Below, in pieces: positions 60,225-64,000 of a stretch of 64,000 nt of DNA. Below the pieces are notes generated by a model. It was given only the letters and a program-made list of their open reading frames with translations, was not told the DNA's origin and ran no database searches. Positions within the stretch are counted from its first letter, which is position 1. The number at the start of each line of letters is the position of its first letter. The stretch comes from Nitrosopumilaceae archaeon (GTDB lineage: Archaea > Thermoproteota > Nitrososphaeria > Nitrososphaerales > Nitrosopumilaceae): positions 736,001-800,000 of the forward strand of contig OZ242365.1 in the NCBI GenBank assembly GCA_965208905.1. The letters are read 5' to 3'. A program made the translations under genes and the position numbers.

Positions 60225-61990
60225 GCGGCATCCTGCCTTCGTTGTACCTCTATTATGTGGTCTAACATGCTTATCTGTTCGGGACTTAACCTGTCGATGA
60301 ATCTACCTTTCAGATTTTTTGCCTCTTTGGAAGTGGGTAGAGTATGATATGTATCCTCCTCGAATATCTGTCTGTCTATTGTGACATTGCGGACCGAACA
60401 GGCCACCTCCTGTCCTGTATGAGCCTCCTGTATGGTCTTGCCATCATGTTGTAGTTGATGGACGGCCCCTACTTTGCGGCCTTTCTGATTCATAAAGGGC
60501 GTCTTTGAGCGTAATGTGCCACCATCTATTCGTATCCCAAAGACGGCTGGATTGCTGTTCCGAAAGACATATCCCTTAAGAAAAGTGAATTTGGCCAGTG
60601 GCGTTATCTCTGCAAATACGGCATCCTCCTCATGTATAATATCCTGACGTACCCATTCTGTATAGTCGTCTATCAACTTGTATATGACACGTTCCTGAAA
60701 TATGCGCACATGTCCTATCTCAGCCTCCTCGGCAGCATCCGGAAGCACCTTGACACTAAATGCCAAGACCACTCCTAATCGCCTATCGACATCTTTGGTG
60801 GCTCGCGCCTCCATTACATCACGACGGTTTACAGGACCGATGTCTGCTTTTGCTATCTTTACTCCCTTCTCATTTAACATTTGAACCATCGCCTCCAAGG
60901 ATCCTATGGTGTCACACTTTAGCGTCACACCCCGTGTCTGCGTGTCTATAAATACAGACTCCATCTCCGAGCGTATCATCTCACTATACCTTTTGATATC
61001 TTTGTCGGTTTTAGCTATGTATAGTGTGCTTCCTGGCAGCACTCCCTCCAGATCTGGAGATGCTATCTTGAGTCCTGCTGCGGCAATCACTGAATCTGTC
61101 GTCTGGAATTTATCTCGCGGATCCCGCATCTCATCTAGTGGTTTTGGCAGCAGTATGGCCTTTGGTTTTGTTACTATGACGCCATCCCGCTTAGCCATGA
61201 GTATGTAATCGTCCTTCTTTATGGTACCATCAATCAGTATTATGTTGGCTGTCCCCCCCAGCCCTGTCTCGTGATTTGCTTCCAATACTATACCTCGCGA
61301 CTCTTTCTCCTTCTGCTCTAGCCTACCTTGCATGTACTGTTGTGTGAGTGCTACTAGAACTGTAAGCAGCTCAGGTATACCTACACCAGTCTTGGCGGAT
61401 ATGGGTATTATCGACACCTCGGACTTGAAGTCTTTTACCCGGTAGAATGCCTCGGACTTGTATCCTAGAATTGAGAGTGTGCCCACTATATCGTATATGC
61501 TTTTATCTAGTTCTGTGCGTACCATTTGGTCCTGTTCTTTGACTGCTTCGGAGATGAAGGATGTTGATGTATCTCTCCAACCTGATATCTGATCACACTT
61601 GTTGAGCGCAACTACAAAGGGAACCTTTCTGGACTGCAGTATCTTGAAACTCTCTTGTGTCTGAGGCTGGAAACCTCGAGCAGCATCAATCACTAGAATC
61701 GCTATATCTGCTGCTGAACCCCCACGACTTCTTAGGTTCTTGAATACTTCGTGGCCTGGCGTATCGATGACCAAGAGTCCGGGTATCATTGAGTCTGATT
61801 TTAGACGATCATATAAACGACCACATGCCTTTCGTACCGTGTCGTTGGGGAGAAAACTAGCACCAATATGCTGTGTAATGCCACCAGCTTCTCTCCCTTG
61901 AACTCCAGTACCCCTTATGTTGTCCAGTAATGATGTCTTTCCCGAATCAACGTGCCCTAGTACTGCTACTATGGGCTGCCGTATGACCAA
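60212..61990 (-). CDS. infB: Translation initiation factor aIF5B (IF-2)
   Basis: RQPIVAVLGHVDSGKT, GGITQHIGA, DTPGH, NKCD; probable TTG start. Confidence 0.95.
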   Translation of the reverse strand: MVIRQPIVAVLGHVDSGKTSLLDNIRGTGVQGREAGGITQHIGASFLPNDTVRKACGRLYDRLKSDSMIPGLLVIDTPGHEVFKNLRSRGGSAADIAILVIDAARGFQPQTQESFKILQSRKVPFVVALNKCDQISGWRDTSTSFISEAVKEQDQMVRTELDKSIYDIVGTLSILGYKSEAFYRVKDFKSEVSIIPISAKTGVGIPELLTVLVALTQQYMQGRLEQKEKESRGIVLEANHETGLGGTANIILIDGTIKKDDYILMAKRDGVIVTKPKAILLPKPLDEMRDPRDKFQTTDSVIAAAGLKIASPDLEGVLPGSTLYIAKTDKDIKRYSEMIRSEMESVFIDTQTRGVTLKCDTIGSLEAMVQMLNEKGVKIAKADIGPVNRRDVMEARATKDVDRRLGVVLAFSVKVLPDAAEEAEIGHVRIFQERVIYKLIDDYTEWVRQDIIHEEDAVFAEITPLAKFTFLKGYVFRNSNPAVFGIRIDGGTLRSKTPFMNQKGRKVGAVHQLQHDGKTIQEAHTGQEVACSVRNVTIDRQIFEEDTYHTLPTSKEAKNLKGRFIDRLSPEQISMLDHIIEVQRRQDAAYAY

Positions 61991-61991
61991 G

Positions 61992-62393
61992 TCACGAAAA
62001 CACCACACCGGATTCGTACTTGAAACTCTCCAGCGAGTCTGATGCATGTATTATATTTGCGGATATGCCAAGTCCAAAATCTCCCCGTACAGAGCCGGGT
62101 TGCGCCTCATATGACCGTGTACTCCCAATCATCAGGCGTGTTGCATCTATTGCGTGGTCTCCTTCTATTATGGCAGCAACTGCCGGGCCAGACGTTATAA
62201 ACGAGACTAACTCCTCAAAGAACGGCTTTTCTTTGTGTACATTGTAGAACTTTGTTGCTAGTTCACGGTTGAATTGAAGCATCTTTAGGTTAATTATTGT
62301 AAAACCCTTGGATTCGAATCGTTGTATGATTTGACCAATTAATCCCCGTGATGCTGCATCAGGCTTTATGATGAATAGTGTTCTCTCGGACAT
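61992..62393 (-). CDS. ndk: Nucleoside diphosphate kinase
   Basis: IIKPDA, KPFF, PGSVRGDF, NIIHASDS. Confidence 0.96.
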   Translation of the reverse strand: MSERTLFIIKPDAASRGLIGQIIQRFESKGFTIINLKMLQFNRELATKFYNVHKEKPFFEELVSFITSGPAVAAIIEGDHAIDATRLMIGSTRSYEAQPGSVRGDFGLGISANIIHASDSLESFKYESGVVFS

Positions 62394-62399
62394 GTGATC

Positions 62400-62603
62400 T
62401 TAACCACCCCGTTTGATACCGCCCTTTACATACTTCTTGGTCCACTTTAGCTTTCTAGGGTCCCTCTTTAATACCAGAGCGTTCTTCTTGCACTTTGATG
62501 AGCAGAACCACAGTATGCTCCCATCATTCTTTGCAAGCATTGTACCTGAACCCTTTGCAACTGACCGATTACAAAAGTTACAGGATTTTACTAAAAGACT
62601 CAT
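62400..62603 (-). CDS. rpl24e: 50S ribosomal protein L24e
   Basis: CNFC...FCSSKC; PRKLKWT. Confidence 0.95.
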   Translation of the reverse strand: MSLLVKSCNFCNRSVAKGSGTMLAKNDGSILWFCSSKCKKNALVLKRDPRKLKWTKKYVKGGIKRGG

Positions 62604-62617
62604 TATACATAATACAC

Positions 62618-62830
62618 CTACTTTATCTTCTTGGCCTCCCTCTCGGTCTCTCGTAGCATTAGTGTCTCCTGTACACGTACGGACCCCTTTACATTACGGG
62701 TGAGTATGCGCCCTTTGTCTTTACCATCTAGTATGCGCACACGAACCTGTATGACTTCACCTGCGATGCCGGTCCTACCAACTATCTGTATCACCTCGGC
62801 GGGGGTTACCTGATCCGTCTCAGCACTCAT
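62618..62830 (-). CDS. rps28e: 30S ribosomal protein S28e
   Basis: [25 protein letters not shown]. Confidence 0.95.
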   Translation of the reverse strand: MSAETDQVTPAEVIQIVGRTGIAGEVIQVRVRILDGKDKGRILTRNVKGSVRVQETLMLRETEREAKKIK

Positions 62831-63207
62831 TTGTTAGCGCCTCGCATGGCCGCCAGTGACTCAATGATCTGATCAACAATATGTTTCGCATCTCCAGAGT
62901 CCATAATTGCTGTAGCGGCAGATCTTGTCTCCAATCCAAGTGATTTGCCCATCTCTTGTTGACTGGGCACAAATGCAAAAGGGATCTTTTGCTCATCACA
63001 CAATATGGGAAGATGTGCCACTACCTCGGGCGGGTCTACGTCTTCGGCTATTATGACCATCTTGGCAGTATTTCGCTCTATCGCCTTTGTCACCTCGTTG
63101 GTCCCCTTCTTGACTTTGCCACTACTAGAAGATATTCGAAGGGCCTCGTATATTGGATTAACCAGATCGTCGGGCACTTCAAATTTTACATAATACCCTT
63201 TGGCCAT
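62827..63207 (-). CDS. rpl7ae: 50S ribosomal protein L7Ae
   Basis: [13 protein letters not shown] and [15 protein letters not shown]; true start MAKGYYVKF at 63207. Confidence 0.95.
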   Translation of the reverse strand: MAKGYYVKFEVPDDLVNPIYEALRISSSSGKVKKGTNEVTKAIERNTAKMVIIAEDVDPPEVVAHLPILCDEQKIPFAFVPSQQEMGKSLGLETRSAATAIMDSGDAKHIVDQIIESLAAMRGANK

Positions 63208-63465
63208 AGGGTAATTACTCGGATTTGGTTTTAAAAGCGTTTGCAAATAAAAACAGGGGATTATACCGATAAGTACGCATCGCGGAGTGCTTATTTGACG
63301 ATATAATCCCCGGATCGTACTCCAACGCACATCTGTGCACCACTGTCTATCCGGATCATTGGACTCAAGCGCTGATGGGACTGATCCATCGGGGGGTGGA
63401 GGGTTCTTTCGGCGCCTGTTTGAATGGGGCGCCACATACCGTCCAGATGAACCTAGAATGAGCCG

Positions 63466-63774
63466 TTGGCGGTGGGGGTGTTTGGGTTTCTGTCACCGAT
63501 TGCGTTGTTTATCGTATGGAAGGACAAGAAGTTCCTCAAGCAGATGGCACTTGTCATATTCTATGTGAGTACCTTAATTATACTGGTGTATCTCTTTGGT
63601 ATGGCATACGTCAGTAGCGCAGCTGGCTATGACATGCCTAGCTGGAGGAACGTTCTACTCCCTGCAGTAATGCCCTGGATGGTGGTCATGACGTTTGGCC
63701 TCCTCATAACTGTGTACGCGCAACACGCAATCATCAAGACGGAGGAGCGTATCCGGAACGGCGCGGATACGTGA
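63466..63774 (+). CDS. Hypothetical membrane protein, possibly frameshifted from ORF 63335-63568
   Basis: Three hydrophobic segments; the upstream overlapping frame looks like a hydrophilic N-terminus; strong hairpin follows at about 63796-63832. Confidence 0.5.
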   Translation: MAVGVFGFLSPIALFIVWKDKKFLKQMALVIFYVSTLIILVYLFGMAYVSSAAGYDMPSWRNVLLPAVMPWMVVMTFGLLITVYAQHAIIKTEERIRNGADT

Positions 63775-63838
63775 TGTCGAGACTGTAACAACTCAAGTGC
63801 CGGGCAGATGGCGGTCTCCCGCGCCCGGCACTACACAC

Positions 63839-63880
63839 GCTTAACACCACTGTTCATCACACAACAAGTTACCAGTTCCT
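63839..63880 (-). repeat. Dispersed 42-bp repeat, copy B
   Basis: 37/42 identical to 44447-44488. Confidence 0.8.
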
Positions 63881-64000
63881 CCAAGCACCAAGGTCGGTTT
63901 GGCTTGATACTCATTTTGCATTTACTATGGAAACTATTGATGAATGATCATATTTGTACTACAATTAGCTGATGATGTGTTGTATTATTATTATATTGTG

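Noticed and set aside
63208-63435. N-terminal extension of L7Ae (and similar extensions of aIF5B, Ogg and the reductase)
   Set aside because: Upstream in-frame starts overlap promoters or other genes; the conserved N-termini begin later.

Overview
Archaeal chromosome segment from an ammonia-oxidising thaumarchaeote (Nitrosopumilaceae-like). The assignment is inferred from gene content: Rieske/cytochrome b/cupredoxin complex III, sdhACDB, Alba, GINS-MCM-Hel308, tgtA, rpl7ae-rps28e-rpl24e-ndk-aIF5B, and three tRNAs. Housekeeping blocks alternate with many mobile-element relics: an IS1595 interrupted by an ISH3, an IS630, an IS5-like remnant carrying a 166-bp MITE, and several TnpB loci. The most unusual observation is one TnpB family seen at four places. 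One intact tnpB is the only gene inside a 1370-bp element with 25-bp terminal inverted repeats and a perfect 8-bp target-site duplication, which is DDE-transposon-type architecture rather than IS200/IS605/IS607. A second intact paralogue lacks clear TIRs. A third locus is internally deleted and keeps the promoter plus the putative omega-RNA region. A fourth is a decayed TIR+promoter end. Other accessory loci are mazF with a truncated MazE-like antitoxin, a YwgA-like/HD-dNTPase pair, a ggt/N-formylglutamate amidohydrolase pair, and a heptad-repeat protein divergent from a formate/nitrite channel. All calls come from reading motifs by eye; no database searches were run.
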